DNA of 64,000 bases from an uncultured Candidatus Saccharibacteria bacterium (GCA_964577565.1 CAZNZL010000001.1:14566-78565); one strand, 5' to 3'. Positions 9,101-18,791 are shown, counted from the first letter of the stretch. Notes: generated from the letters alone by a model not told the origin. Made by a program: numbers and translations.

Positions 9101-10255
9101 ATGATGAAACAAATAAACAAGTTTCCACAAAAAACTCATCGCCTATTTACGCGGGGCGCAAGTTTTGTGGGGGCGATGCTAATTGTGGCGTCATGTTTTA
9201 CGAGCCTGTACCAACTGCATGCTCAAACTATCCAGCAGCAAATTCAAGCCCTGCAACGTGAAAACCAACAAAATAGGAGCATCCTACAGCGTCTAAGCGA
9301 AGAAGCTACAAGCTATGAAGATGCTATTGAGCGTCTGCAATCAGAAATTGATGCTTTGCAGGCGCAAATCGATATTAACACCTCTGAGCAAGAACGCCTC
9401 AAACAAGAGATAGCAATTGTCGAAGCCGAACTTGCCCGCCAACAAGATCTCCTCGGTAAAAACATCCGGGCTATGTATGTAGAAGGTGACATTTCAACTC
9501 TCGAAATGCTTGCCTCGAGTAACGATCTGAGTGAATTTGTTGACAAACAACAGTACCGTACCTCCGTAAAAAACAAAATAGTCAGTACCCTCGAGAAGAT
9601 TAATGAGTTGAAGCACCAGCTCCGTGGTCAGAAAGAGCAAGTCGATAAACTACTGAAGCAGCAAACTGATCAGCGAGCCCTGCTTGCAAATAGCAAATTA
9701 GAGCAACGCAATCTTCTTTCTTATAATAGGGGGCAACAAGCAGAGTTTAATGCCAAAACAAGGAACAACCAAAATCGAATTGCTGAGCTCATTGCTGCTC
9801 AGCAGCGTGCTAATGACTCGGCGTCTGGGCTGCAATTCATTCGTATACCAGGCTCGGTTCAGCCGCATGATATAAATAGTGACGATTATCCTTATAAACA
9901 TTATGGGCATAGCCAGCTTGATGAGCCATGCCCCGGACCACCGCGAACAGCTGACTCGACAGATAGGTGGGGATATTGTACTCGACAATGCGTATCGTAC
10001 GTTGCTTGGGCAATTGAGCGCTCTGGCAGAACAGCACCGCGTGGTTGGGGAGATGCCAAGAACTGGGTGGTAATGGCGCCCTCAAGCTGGCTCGTCTTAA
10101 ACCCTATTCCGGGTGATATTGCTGTTATAACAGCTGGCACCTGGGGTCATGTTATGTATGTCGAACGTGTTGAGGGCAATAAAATGCTTGTTTCAGAGTA
10201 TAATCAACGGCTCGATGGCCGCTATCGTAACGATCGGTGGCTGACAATTCGTTAG
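9101..10255 (+). CDS. coiled-coil CHAP-domain peptidoglycan hydrolase, PcsB-like architecture
   Basis: N-terminal TM/signal segment, a coiled coil paralogous to the preceding gene, and a C-terminal CHAP domain with a Cys (CTRQCVSYVAWAI) and a His (GHVMYVERVEG). Confidence 0.8.
   Translation: MMKQINKFPQKTHRLFTRGASFVGAMLIVASCFTSLYQLHAQTIQQQIQALQRENQQNRSILQRLSEEATSYEDAIERLQSEIDALQAQIDINTSEQERLKQEIAIVEAELARQQDLLGKNIRAMYVEGDISTLEMLASSNDLSEFVDKQQYRTSVKNKIVSTLEKINELKHQLRGQKEQVDKLLKQQTDQRALLANSKLEQRNLLSYNRGQQAEFNAKTRNNQNRIAELIAAQQRANDSASGLQFIRIPGSVQPHDINSDDYPYKHYGHSQLDEPCPGPPRTADSTDRWGYCTRQCVSYVAWAIERSGRTAPRGWGDAKNWVVMAPSSWLVLNPIPGDIAVITAGTWGHVMYVERVEGNKMLVSEYNQRLDGRYRNDRWLTIR
9422..9621 (+). repeat. 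copy 2 of the 200-bp perfect direct repeat
   Basis: Identical to 8285-8484. The flanking sequence diverges immediately on both sides. Confidence 0.95.
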
Positions 10256-10302
10256 TCGTTTGCTGGTTTTGAAGCCCTGACTTCGTTATACTATGACTAC
10301 GT

Positions 10303-11520
10303 ATGGAGGAAAAAGAAAAAATCAGCACGTCCTTTAACAGGGCTCCAAAAAAGCAGCCTAAACTCACTAAAGTTATTGCAATAATTTCGGCTTTTGGACT
10401 GGTCTTTTTAGCTGGCATAGGGGTTGGTAACGGGCAAATATCATTTAGCGGGAACCAGTCGCGCCAAACTGCAGGCTTGCCACCAAATTTGTCGTATAGC
10501 TCTGTTGAAAAAGTCTACGACCTTCTTCGTAAGCAGTATGATGGTACGTTAGATGAAGCTAAGCTGCTCGATGGCTTGAAGAGTGGGCTGGTTGAAGCGG
10601 CAGGGGACCCGTATACAGAGTATTTGACCGCTGAGCAAGCTAGAGAGTTTGACGAGGAGCTAAACGGTACATTTAGCGGGATTGGTGCCGAGCTGGGCAA
10701 AGATGGCCAAAATATTGTAATTGTGGCCCCAATTAAGGGTTTTCCAGCAGAAAAGGCAGGCTTAAAGGCGCGTGACGTTGTTATTGAGATTAATGAAGAA
10801 ACCGCTCATGGTTTAAGCGTCAGTGAGGCGGTTCAAAAAATCCGTGGCGAAGCGGGCACGCAAGTAAAATTGAAAGTTTTGCGCAACAATAGTGAGACAC
10901 TTGATTTTACCATTACCAGAGATAACATTAGCATTCCGAGTGTCGAGTCTAGTATTGAGGGAGGAATCGGATATTTAAAAATCAGTCGCTTTTCTGACGA
11001 CACTGCCGCACTTTCGCGTCAAGCAGCAGAAAGTTTCAAACAAGCTGGGGTTAAGGCTGTTATTCTTGATGTTCGGGGTAATCCTGGCGGGTTGCTAGAT
11101 TCAGCAGTCAGCGTTTCGAGTTTATGGCTTACGGGCTCTCAAAAGGTATTAGAAGAAAAGCGCGACGGAATTGTTATAAAAACATATTACGCGCGAGACA
11201 ACCCGGTGCTCCAGCTTATACCAACAGTGGTAATGATTGATGGTGGTAGCGCAAGCGCAAGCGAAATTGTAGCGGGTGCACTAAAAGATAACGGCGCGGC
11301 TACACTTTTGGGTGATAAATCATTTGGTAAGGGGAGTGTGCAGTCTATTGAGCGCTTACCCGACGGGTCTGCGCTTAAGGTTACGATTGCTCGCTGGTTT
11401 ACGCCAAAGGGGCGCAATATTGATAAAGAAGGCATCGAGCCAGATAAAAAAGTTGAACAAACAAATAGTTCAATTTCTGACGTTCAATTGGATGCCGCAA
11501 AGCGTGAGCTACAAAAATAA
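10303..11520 (+). CDS. ctpA: S41 family C-terminal processing peptidase with PDZ domain
   Basis: N-terminal TM, a PDZ region (GIGAELGKDGQNIVIVAPIKGFPAEKAGLKARDVVIEIN), and S41 motifs (DVRGNPGGLLDSAV, GGSASASEIVAGALKD, FGKGSVQ). Confidence 0.9.
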   Translation: MEEKEKISTSFNRAPKKQPKLTKVIAIISAFGLVFLAGIGVGNGQISFSGNQSRQTAGLPPNLSYSSVEKVYDLLRKQYDGTLDEAKLLDGLKSGLVEAAGDPYTEYLTAEQAREFDEELNGTFSGIGAELGKDGQNIVIVAPIKGFPAEKAGLKARDVVIEINEETAHGLSVSEAVQKIRGEAGTQVKLKVLRNNSETLDFTITRDNISIPSVESSIEGGIGYLKISRFSDDTAALSRQAAESFKQAGVKAVILDVRGNPGGLLDSAVSVSSLWLTGSQKVLEEKRDGIVIKTYYARDNPVLQLIPTVVMIDGGSASASEIVAGALKDNGAATLLGDKSFGKGSVQSIERLPDGSALKVTIARWFTPKGRNIDKEGIEPDKKVEQTNSSISDVQLDAAKRELQK

Positions 11521-11586
11521 CCCCTTTATGGCATTTTGTTATTGTGGTACTATCGATGTCGTATATAAGTTTACGGGGGATGAATT

Positions 11587-13227
11587 GTGGCGCTGAGCAA
11601 ACAGCGAACTAAGTATATTTTTGTAACAGGTGGTGTGCTTTCTGGACTTGGGAAGGGTATTTCTGCCGCCTCAATTGGTAATCTGCTAAAAGCACGCGGG
11701 CTTACCGTAAATATCCAAAAATGCGACCCATATCTTAATGTTGATGCCGGGCTGTTAAACCCACGTGAGCATGGGGAATGCTTTGTAACCCATGATGGCG
11801 CAGAAACAGATCTGGACCTTGGTCATTACGAGCGTTTTCTTGACCAAGAAATTGACAGCGCAAGTTCGTTAATGAGCGGGCGAGTTTTACTGAAAGTCAT
11901 TCAAGACGAACGGGCTGGCAAATATGAAGGAGATGACGTTCAGATTATTCCTCATTTTACCTCGGCTATTCAGCGGTTTATTACTGATGCGGCCAAAGGC
12001 TACGATGTTCATATCGTTGAAATTGGTGGAACCGTCGGCGACTATGAATCGCTTAGTTTTATTGAGGCAATTCGCGAGCTCGGCATTAATGTTGGCCTTG
12101 AAAATTGTCTATACGTGCACGTAGTTTATCTGCCATATTTAGGTGCAAGCCAAGAGACAAAAACAAAACCTGCCCAAAATTCAGTGAGAGAACTTCGGGG
12201 CCTCGGAATCACACCTGATATTCTTATTGCCAGAAGCGAGCGGCCAGCTAATGCAGGCGTAAAAAATAAACTAAGCTTATTTTCGGGCGTTTCTAACGAT
12301 GCCATAGCGTTATTACCTAATGCTTCGACTATTTATCAGGTTCCATTAACGCTTGAAGACACTGATATCGCCGATGTAATTACTAAAAAATTACATCTAA
12401 AAACCAAGAAGCCAGATCTTAAGCAATGGCGACAGGTGGTTAAAAAGGCAACGACAAATCATAAACGTAAACTTACGGTTGGCTTGGTTGCAAAGTATAT
12501 GGATAATACCGATACCTATATTTCAGTTTTTGAAGCGTTGCGTGCAGCCTCATGGTTTACCGATACAAAACTTAAAATTAAATGGATAGACGCAGAAAAG
12601 CTAAAGAAAACCCGCGATGTTGAGCGAGCGTTTAAGGACGTAAGCGGCATCGTGGTGCCTGGTGGTTTTGGCACGCGTGGGCTCGAAGGCAAGATCTTAG
12701 CCGCTCGGTATGCCCTTAGTAATAAAATTCCGTACCTGGGGTTGTGTTTAGGTATGCAGATGGCAGTCATTGCAGCGGCCCGTAACGCTGGTTATAAAAA
12801 AGCCACAACGATAGAGTTAGACCCAAAAAGTGATATGCGCGTGATTGATATTATGGGTGATCAGATCGGTAAAGAAAGTACTGGTGGCACTATGCGGCTC
12901 GGTGATTACCCATGCAAGCTAGAAAAGGGCAGTGTGGCAGCCAAGCTTTATAAAGCAGATGCGATTGTAGAACGGCATCGGCACCGCTGCGAGGCTAATA
13001 ACGCCTATCGCGATCAATACTCAGCATGGGGTATTAAAGCATCGGGTACATCACCTGACGGTACGTTAGTAGAGATAATCGAAGCAACCGATCATCCATT
13101 TTTTGTTGCCAGTCAGTTTCATCCTGAGTTTAAATCACGTCCGCATAAGCCACATCCACTCTTTGGTGGTTTTGTGAAGGCTTGTGCAGACCGCCCAAGT
13201 ATTGCGACAACCAACAAAGTAGGGTAG
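11587..13227 (+). CDS. pyrG: CTP synthase
   Basis: 546 aa with a GTG start preceded by GGGGGA. The N-terminus is the canonical KYIFVTGGVLSGLGKGI. The C-terminal glutamine amidotransferase domain carries LGLCLGMQ and a HRHRCE segment. Confidence 0.95.
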   Translation: MALSKQRTKYIFVTGGVLSGLGKGISAASIGNLLKARGLTVNIQKCDPYLNVDAGLLNPREHGECFVTHDGAETDLDLGHYERFLDQEIDSASSLMSGRVLLKVIQDERAGKYEGDDVQIIPHFTSAIQRFITDAAKGYDVHIVEIGGTVGDYESLSFIEAIRELGINVGLENCLYVHVVYLPYLGASQETKTKPAQNSVRELRGLGITPDILIARSERPANAGVKNKLSLFSGVSNDAIALLPNASTIYQVPLTLEDTDIADVITKKLHLKTKKPDLKQWRQVVKKATTNHKRKLTVGLVAKYMDNTDTYISVFEALRAASWFTDTKLKIKWIDAEKLKKTRDVERAFKDVSGIVVPGGFGTRGLEGKILAARYALSNKIPYLGLCLGMQMAVIAAARNAGYKKATTIELDPKSDMRVIDIMGDQIGKESTGGTMRLGDYPCKLEKGSVAAKLYKADAIVERHRHRCEANNAYRDQYSAWGIKASGTSPDGTLVEIIEATDHPFFVASQFHPEFKSRPHKPHPLFGGFVKACADRPSIATTNKVG

Positions 13228-13237
13228 CATAAGTATT

Positions 13238-13636
13238 ATGAACGCAAACGCCAATAATCAAGCAAAAAAAATACTATTAGTAGAAGATGATGACAGCCTC
13301 GCAAACGTTTATCTCGCTCGTCTAGAAGTCGAGGGTTTTCAGGTTCGTCGCGTACCAAACGGGGAAGACGCACTAGCGGCTGCCGTCGAGTTTAAACCAG
13401 ATCTGGTATTACTTGACGTTATGATGCCAAAAGTTAGCGGTTTTGACGTACTGGATATCTTGCGCAACACACCAGAAACCGCAAATCTTAAAATTGTTAT
13501 GCTGACTGCCCTTAGCCAGCCAAATGATAAATCAAAAGCAGATCAGCTTGGCGCCGATGACTATCTCGTCAAATCACAAGTAGTGATTGCCGATGTTATC
13601 GAGCGCATTAAGCATCATCTCGGCGTTCGCGATTAG
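13238..13636 (+). CDS. stand-alone response regulator receiver domain (CheY-like)
   Basis: 132 aa with all receiver hallmarks: VEDDD, DLVLLDVMMP (phospho-acceptor Asp), LTA and YLVKS. There is no output domain. It is a paralog of the receiver at 54834-56132. Confidence 0.85.
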   Translation: MNANANNQAKKILLVEDDDSLANVYLARLEVEGFQVRRVPNGEDALAAAVEFKPDLVLLDVMMPKVSGFDVLDILRNTPETANLKIVMLTALSQPNDKSKADQLGADDYLVKSQVVIADVIERIKHHLGVRD

Positions 13637-13656
13637 GTAAAATTTGTTTACGAACA

Positions 13657-13690
13657 AAGCTTCTCTATTAGTCCAGAAGCTTTTATGTGT
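13657..13690 (+). terminator. rho-independent terminator after the receiver gene
   Basis: A hairpin (AAGCTTCT ctattagtcc AGAAGCTT) is followed by TTATGTGTTT. Confidence 0.5.
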
Positions 13691-13698
13691 TTGGAAAT

Positions 13699-13727
13699 TT
13701 GACAAAGATTACGTAATATGCTACAAT
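13699..13727 (+). promoter_or_regulatory. sigma-70-type promoter (TTGACA, 17 nt spacer, TACAAT) for the FHA gene
   Basis: The sequence reads TTGACAaagattacgtaatatgcTACAAT. It is followed by a CA-rich leader of about 19 nt with no Shine-Dalgarno sequence. Confidence 0.6.
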
Positions 13728-13752
13728 GTAATAGTAACATAAACACAAAAAC

Positions 13753-14376
13753 ATGTCAGAAGATATTCCACAGAACCCCAACCAAGATCAAAGATTCAGT
13801 CCAGAAATGGACCCAGGTACATGTGATGTTGTAGATTTACACGGTGAAACCCTACAACTTCCCCCGGTCCCTGTTATAGATAGAGAAACCGCACTAGCAA
13901 TGCATGGAATCAAGGGAGATATTGTTGCTGTTGTTAACCTACCATGGTCAGATGATGATCCTGTCGGCCAGGGTAATAGGTATAAAAAAATTGCTGTCAT
14001 TGACTACGGAGAAATAGGTGAAGACCCTCCCTATGTACAGTATATGCCGCCTGAAAACAGACCAATACCATTTTTTGGGAAAGTAAAATCTCGCTTTGGA
14101 ACCCAAGCGCTTAACTATTATCCGAAGGATCACGGGGTTACCTATTCACCGTTAAAGGAAGGAAGGACAATAATTGGTACAAGTATACATGGGCCAGAAG
14201 TCACAACTCCTGACAAAAGACGAAAGACTAGCTATAGGCTTGGACTACACGAAGAATTTGCTGGGAATGCTTTGATTTCTGAGGATCATTTTACGATCAC
14301 TAAAGACGGTGATAGATTAAGTATTACAGATCATTCGACTAATGGCACCCAAGTTGTGATTTCTAAAGAGTTATAG
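13753..14376 (+). CDS. FHA domain-containing protein
   Basis: The C-terminal third fits the FHA pattern (RTIIGTS...ISEDHFTITKDGDRLSITDHSTNGTQV). The N-terminal part is not recognised. Confidence 0.6.
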   Translation: MSEDIPQNPNQDQRFSPEMDPGTCDVVDLHGETLQLPPVPVIDRETALAMHGIKGDIVAVVNLPWSDDDPVGQGNRYKKIAVIDYGEIGEDPPYVQYMPPENRPIPFFGKVKSRFGTQALNYYPKDHGVTYSPLKEGRTIIGTSIHGPEVTTPDKRRKTSYRLGLHEEFAGNALISEDHFTITKDGDRLSITDHSTNGTQVVISKEL

Positions 14377-14392
14377 AGAGACGATAAGGAAC

Positions 14393-14665
14393 TTACTCAA
14401 CGGTTACTTCAGTGCGGGGGACTGATTTGCCAGTGAAAAGACGTACTTTTCGCGTTTCAAAGTTAACGACACCGTCTTTAGCGGCATGAATTGTGAAATT
14501 GCGGCTCATATACGTACCGTTGCCAGCACGTTTTGTCATACCAACTTGACGTACGATAACTTGGCCGTTTTTAACTTTTTGGCCACCAAAAAGTTTAACA
14601 CCTAGCCGTTGGCCTGGGCTGTCATGGATGTTTTTACTTGAACCACCTGCTTTAACTTTACTCAT
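14393..14665 (-). CDS. rpmA: 50S ribosomal protein L27
   Basis: 90 aa. MSKVKAGGSSKNIHDSPGQRLGVKLFGGQKV is the canonical L27 N-terminus. Confidence 0.95.
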   Translation of the reverse strand: MSKVKAGGSSKNIHDSPGQRLGVKLFGGQKVKNGQVIVRQVGMTKRAGNGTYMSRNFTIHAAKDGVVNFETRKVRLFTGKSVPRTEVTVE

Positions 14666-14667
14666 TT

Positions 14668-15879
14668 TTACTTCCTTATTAGTACCACGAGTTCGCGCCC
14701 CACGATCTGACCTTCTCTATGATAGATTAGCTCATCGTCTGCAGCGTGAACAAAACTCATACGAGTATAACCCATATCTGTTAAATGGTCAAGTACGGGC
14801 AAGTGTTTTATGCCGTTTTTAGTATGCCAGGCCGGCACCGCAATACACATTCTAAATTCTCTCCCATGCTTTAACTCAGTCACTACGTTAGTGTGTGTTG
14901 CAACATTTTGTAAAAATTTTTTATGAATAGTGTTAACACTATGAATTACTTCTTTGAGTTTGCTAGGGTCTGGTTCAGCGGAGAAGGGACGGCCAAGGTA
15001 TGTTTCGCACGCAATGGTACCAAAGGTACTAATCCAGTCGTAATCAGTTGCATCAGCTACTTCAAGCGTCAACAGCACGCCATCGTAGCCTATAGTTTTG
15101 TGTAACCAGTGGATATTTTCTTTAGTGCTAAGTATCATTTTTTGATCAATATCGCTACCCATCGCAAAGCACCCCATCAGGAGGGCTTCTTGCAGGATGA
15201 CACCGGTACCACAAAATGGATCCAGTACGTGTACTTCCTTCTTATGAGGGTTTTGGCTTCCTATTGCTAGGTTGAGAATAATTTGCGCAAGTTTTGGCGG
15301 GAGCATGCCAACTCGGGCATCGCGAGCAGGGCGAGCTTGATCACGGGCAGCATAGGCATCGATATCTTGCACCTTAATGGTTTGGGCAAGAATAGTTTTG
15401 TTGCCATTTTTTATATATAAAAGTTCTATGCCAAGCTCGGCAGTTAATTTGTTACGCAAAACTTGGGCACTTTTAAGCTCAGGTGAGTCATTAGGGATAA
15501 CTCGCATTGAACGGCCAGCGTCGCGCGCAGCTTTTTTTACCTTGAGGCCGGTGGCATTAATGCTTTTTGGTGAAGTTTTTAAACCGTAAACGCTAATACC
15601 AAACTTAACTTTACCCTCGGGGCGATAGCTCAAGTGTTTCGGTACATTGTCAACTAAGTATTTTTCAAGGCTTTTCCAATCGGTGTAGGGTAGCTCTGTC
15701 AGGGTTTTCGCAAGTTTCAGCGTGCCGCCTAATCGCTTAAAAGGAATATCTTCAACAGGCTTGTTTAACAATGCGGCTGATTCGCCAACGGGTTTTACGG
15801 CTTCCGCTCCAAATAAACTTTCGAGCTCGGCCAGTGATAGGCCTTTTTGCCGTCCTAATATACAAATACTTTCAAACAT
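14668..15879 (-). CDS. putative SAM-dependent RNA methyltransferase (THUMP/UPF0020-like)
   Basis: SAM-binding motif I is present (VLDPFCGTGVILQEALLMG), with an N-terminal domain of THUMP-like size. I prefer the start at ATG 15879 (MFESICILGRQ) because the longer ORF would run through the divergent promoter. Confidence 0.6.
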   Translation of the reverse strand: MFESICILGRQKGLSLAELESLFGAEAVKPVGESAALLNKPVEDIPFKRLGGTLKLAKTLTELPYTDWKSLEKYLVDNVPKHLSYRPEGKVKFGISVYGLKTSPKSINATGLKVKKAARDAGRSMRVIPNDSPELKSAQVLRNKLTAELGIELLYIKNGNKTILAQTIKVQDIDAYAARDQARPARDARVGMLPPKLAQIILNLAIGSQNPHKKEVHVLDPFCGTGVILQEALLMGCFAMGSDIDQKMILSTKENIHWLHKTIGYDGVLLTLEVADATDYDWISTFGTIACETYLGRPFSAEPDPSKLKEVIHSVNTIHKKFLQNVATHTNVVTELKHGREFRMCIAVPAWHTKNGIKHLPVLDHLTDMGYTRMSFVHAADDELIYHREGQIVGRELVVLIRK

Positions 15880-15907
15880 TCTACATACAGTATAATGGTA
15901 TTTGTCT

Positions 15908-16951
15908 ATGGCAGAAGAAAAACGACGAGCACGACTTTGGAAGATCATTATTAATGCCATTACACTTTTAGCGTTAGGACTATTGGTTTACTTGGTTCGA
16001 CACGAAGTGTATGAGACGTTGCAACGAGTAGACGATGTTTACTGGGGGGCGTTGCTACTGATTGTTCCGGTACAGGCATTTAATTTTTATGCTTACACCT
16101 TAATGTATGATGATTTACTGAACTTTTTTAAGGTTCGCCTATCACGAAGCAAGTTATACCGAATAACGTTAGAACTAAATTTTGTAAACCATGTGTTTCC
16201 GAGCGGGGGTGTGTCGGGTTTTTCATATTTTAGTTTGCGTTTGCGTCCATTGGGGGTAACAACTGGTAAGTCTACGCTCATACAAATGATGCGTTTTATT
16301 CTTATTTTTGTCTCTTTTCAGCTGGTGCTTGCATTAGGTCTAGTATTGTTGGCATTTTCTGGCGCGGTAAATAATTTTGTGCTACTTATCGCCGGGTCGC
16401 TCGCAACCTTATTAATAGTCGGAACGTTAATGCTGGCCTATATCATTGGTAGCAAGCGGCGAATCAATAGCTTTTTCACCGCTATCACAAAGCTTTTTAA
16501 TAAAATCATAAACATCTTTCGTCCGAGTCACCCTGAAACTATCGACATCGAGCGTGCTCAAAATGCTTTCACGGAATTGCATGAAAGCTATACACTTATC
16601 AAAAAAGACCTTGGTATTCTGCGTAAGCCGTTGCTTCATGCGCTGATTGCAAACGTAACCGAAATCATTACGCTTTATATTGTCTTTGTGGCGTTTGGGT
16701 TTTGGGTAAACCCCGGAGCGGTAATACTTGCCTATGCGGTAGCGAATTTTGCCGGTTTAATATCTGTGTTACCGGGTGGGGTAGGAGTGTACGAGGCGCT
16801 AATGACAGCTGTATTGGCCTCTGCTGGCGTGCCTCCGGGTATAAGTGTTCCAGTGGTTATTATGTACCGTGTCATTAATACTGTATTGCAGCTGCCGGTG
16901 GGGTACTATCTGTATCACCGGGCAGTTCAAGATAACGATATTAAATTATGA
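15908..16951 (+). CDS. flippase-like / lysylphosphatidylglycerol-synthase transmembrane-region family (UPF0104) membrane protein
   Basis: About 8 predicted TM helices. The length and the conserved C-terminal PGGVGVYEA segment are typical of this family. TATAAT lies at 15891-15896, 11 nt upstream of the ATG at 15908. Confidence 0.65.
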   Translation: MAEEKRRARLWKIIINAITLLALGLLVYLVRHEVYETLQRVDDVYWGALLLIVPVQAFNFYAYTLMYDDLLNFFKVRLSRSKLYRITLELNFVNHVFPSGGVSGFSYFSLRLRPLGVTTGKSTLIQMMRFILIFVSFQLVLALGLVLLAFSGAVNNFVLLIAGSLATLLIVGTLMLAYIIGSKRRINSFFTAITKLFNKIINIFRPSHPETIDIERAQNAFTELHESYTLIKKDLGILRKPLLHALIANVTEIITLYIVFVAFGFWVNPGAVILAYAVANFAGLISVLPGGVGVYEALMTAVLASAGVPPGISVPVVIMYRVINTVLQLPVGYYLYHRAVQDNDIKL

Positions 16952-18063
16952 GCACCAAACCGACCTATTCAGTTAGTGATTTTGTGGCGGTTTTTAACCA
17001 GGTAGTAGACGTCGCTTTTGGGTCAGTCACAATTAGCGGCGAGTTAGCACAATTTAGAATTAGCAAAAACCGATGGGTGTATTTTGATTTAATTGATGAG
17101 TACGCAAGTGTGCGTTTTTTTGGGACGGTAAATAGTTTGCCCGGACCGCTTGAAGACGGCATGACCCTGGTAGTACATGGAATACCGCAACTCCACCCCC
17201 GGTTTGGTTTTAGTATTACCGTTCAATCAATTCAGCTCAAAGGCGAGGGTACAATAAAAAAAGCTTCAGCCCTTCTTGAAGCCCAGCTTGAAAAAGAAGG
17301 TTTATTTGCTGCGGAACGCAAACGCCTTTTACCGTACCCGCCACAAACAATCGGTCTTATTACGTCGAGTGAGTCTGCCGCGTATGCAGATTTTGTAAAG
17401 ATTATAAATGCACGGTGGGGCGGAGTAGAGATTGGTCTTTATGATGTGCACGTTCAGGGCGAGCAGGCGCCTTCACAAATCATAGAAGCTATAAATTACT
17501 TTAATGCACATGCCACGCCGCCAGATGTTTTAGTGATCACGCGGGGCGGGGGTAGCGCTGAAGATCTACAAGCATTTAATACTGAAGGGGTTACCCGAGC
17601 TATCGCTGCCAGCCGTATACCAACACTGGTGGCAATTGGGCATGAGGTAGATTTATCGTTAGCCGAGCGAGCTGCAGATAAACGGGCCAGTACGCCAAGT
17701 AATGCGGCTGAAATGCTAACACCTGATAAGCAGCATCAGCGGGCGTTATTAGAGCAAGCCTCCAGGCAAATATTGTATTACACCGAACAGACACTTCATG
17801 CTGAAAAGCAGTCAATTAAACAAATACTAGAGCGGCTAGATCAAGCGACTCAACATACTTTACAATCTCTACGGCAAGAATTAGATATCGCGCACAATAC
17901 CATTACACTGCTTAACCCACTTGAGGTATTAAAGCGTGGTTATGTCATGGTGCGCCAGGGCAGTAGCTTTGTAGTTAGGGCCCAACAACTTAACACAAAG
18001 GCCGAGCTTTCGTTACGCTTTTACGACAAAGAGGTTACAATTAAGCCAACATCAGGAGATTAG
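16948..18063 (+). CDS. xseA: exodeoxyribonuclease VII large subunit
   Basis: An N-terminal OB-fold region (YSVSDFVAVFNQVVDVAFGSVTISGELAQF) and the core segment ITRGGGSAEDL are present. Followed by xseB. Confidence 0.9.
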   Translation: MSTKPTYSVSDFVAVFNQVVDVAFGSVTISGELAQFRISKNRWVYFDLIDEYASVRFFGTVNSLPGPLEDGMTLVVHGIPQLHPRFGFSITVQSIQLKGEGTIKKASALLEAQLEKEGLFAAERKRLLPYPPQTIGLITSSESAAYADFVKIINARWGGVEIGLYDVHVQGEQAPSQIIEAINYFNAHATPPDVLVITRGGGSAEDLQAFNTEGVTRAIAASRIPTLVAIGHEVDLSLAERAADKRASTPSNAAEMLTPDKQHQRALLEQASRQILYYTEQTLHAEKQSIKQILERLDQATQHTLQSLRQELDIAHNTITLLNPLEVLKRGYVMVRQGSSFVVRAQQLNTKAELSLRFYDKEVTIKPTSGD

Positions 18064-18066
18064 ACA

Positions 18067-18252
18067 ATGTCTACGTATCAAGAACTATCACACCAACTAG
18101 AAGTAACTATGAATAAGCTGCAAAGTGGCGAACTTAGCTTAGATGAAACCATTGATGCCTACAATGAAGGGATAGCAATCATCAAAAAAATGGAAAAACA
18201 ACTCTTACTGGCAGAAAATAAAATTAAGAAGATAAAAGACAGCTTACAATAA
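18067..18252 (+). CDS. xseB: exodeoxyribonuclease VII small subunit
   Basis: A 61-aa helical protein (ELSLDETIDAYNEGIAIIKKMEKQL) immediately downstream of xseA. Confidence 0.8.
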   Translation: MSTYQELSHQLEVTMNKLQSGELSLDETIDAYNEGIAIIKKMEKQLLLAENKIKKIKDSLQ

Positions 18253-18776
18253 TGCAACTCGCATGGAACATTGCTTTAGTAAGCTGCGCTTTGTTATTTA
18301 TAGCATTTACCTTTGTTGTTGCGTTCGGTGCCCCATACTTGCCAACGTTACGAAAGCGCGTCCCTGAAGCCTTAGATTTAATTGACTTAAAACCAGGTCA
18401 GATTTTAGTAGAGCTTGGTAGCGGCGATGGTCGTGTGCTGGCTGAGGCTGCTCGCAGAGGCATTACATGCATAGGCTATGAGTTAAATCCGTTTTTAGTG
18501 TTGTATTCAAAAGTGCGGCTTATTAAATATCATAAATTCACCAAAGTAATTTGGGGGAACTACTGGCATAAACAGTGGCCAAAAGCGCAGGGAATATTCG
18601 TATTTTTATTACAGCCATATATGGAAAAGTTGGGTACAAAAATTGAACAAAATTATCCTGAGGGCATAAAGCTGGTTAGCTTTGCCTTTACCATACCAGG
18701 CAAACAACCCGTCAAAGAAAGTAACGGTTTATACCTCTACCGTTTCGGTAAGCAATTGAAAAAAACACGCCAGTAG
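18252..18776 (+). CDS. class I SAM-dependent methyltransferase with an N-terminal TM helix
   Basis: Motif I is present (VELGSGDGRVLAEAARRG). The target cannot be inferred. Confidence 0.6.
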   Translation: MQLAWNIALVSCALLFIAFTFVVAFGAPYLPTLRKRVPEALDLIDLKPGQILVELGSGDGRVLAEAARRGITCIGYELNPFLVLYSKVRLIKYHKFTKVIWGNYWHKQWPKAQGIFVFLLQPYMEKLGTKIEQNYPEGIKLVSFAFTIPGKQPVKESNGLYLYRFGKQLKKTRQ

Positions 18777-18791
18777 GTTACCATTAGCGGT

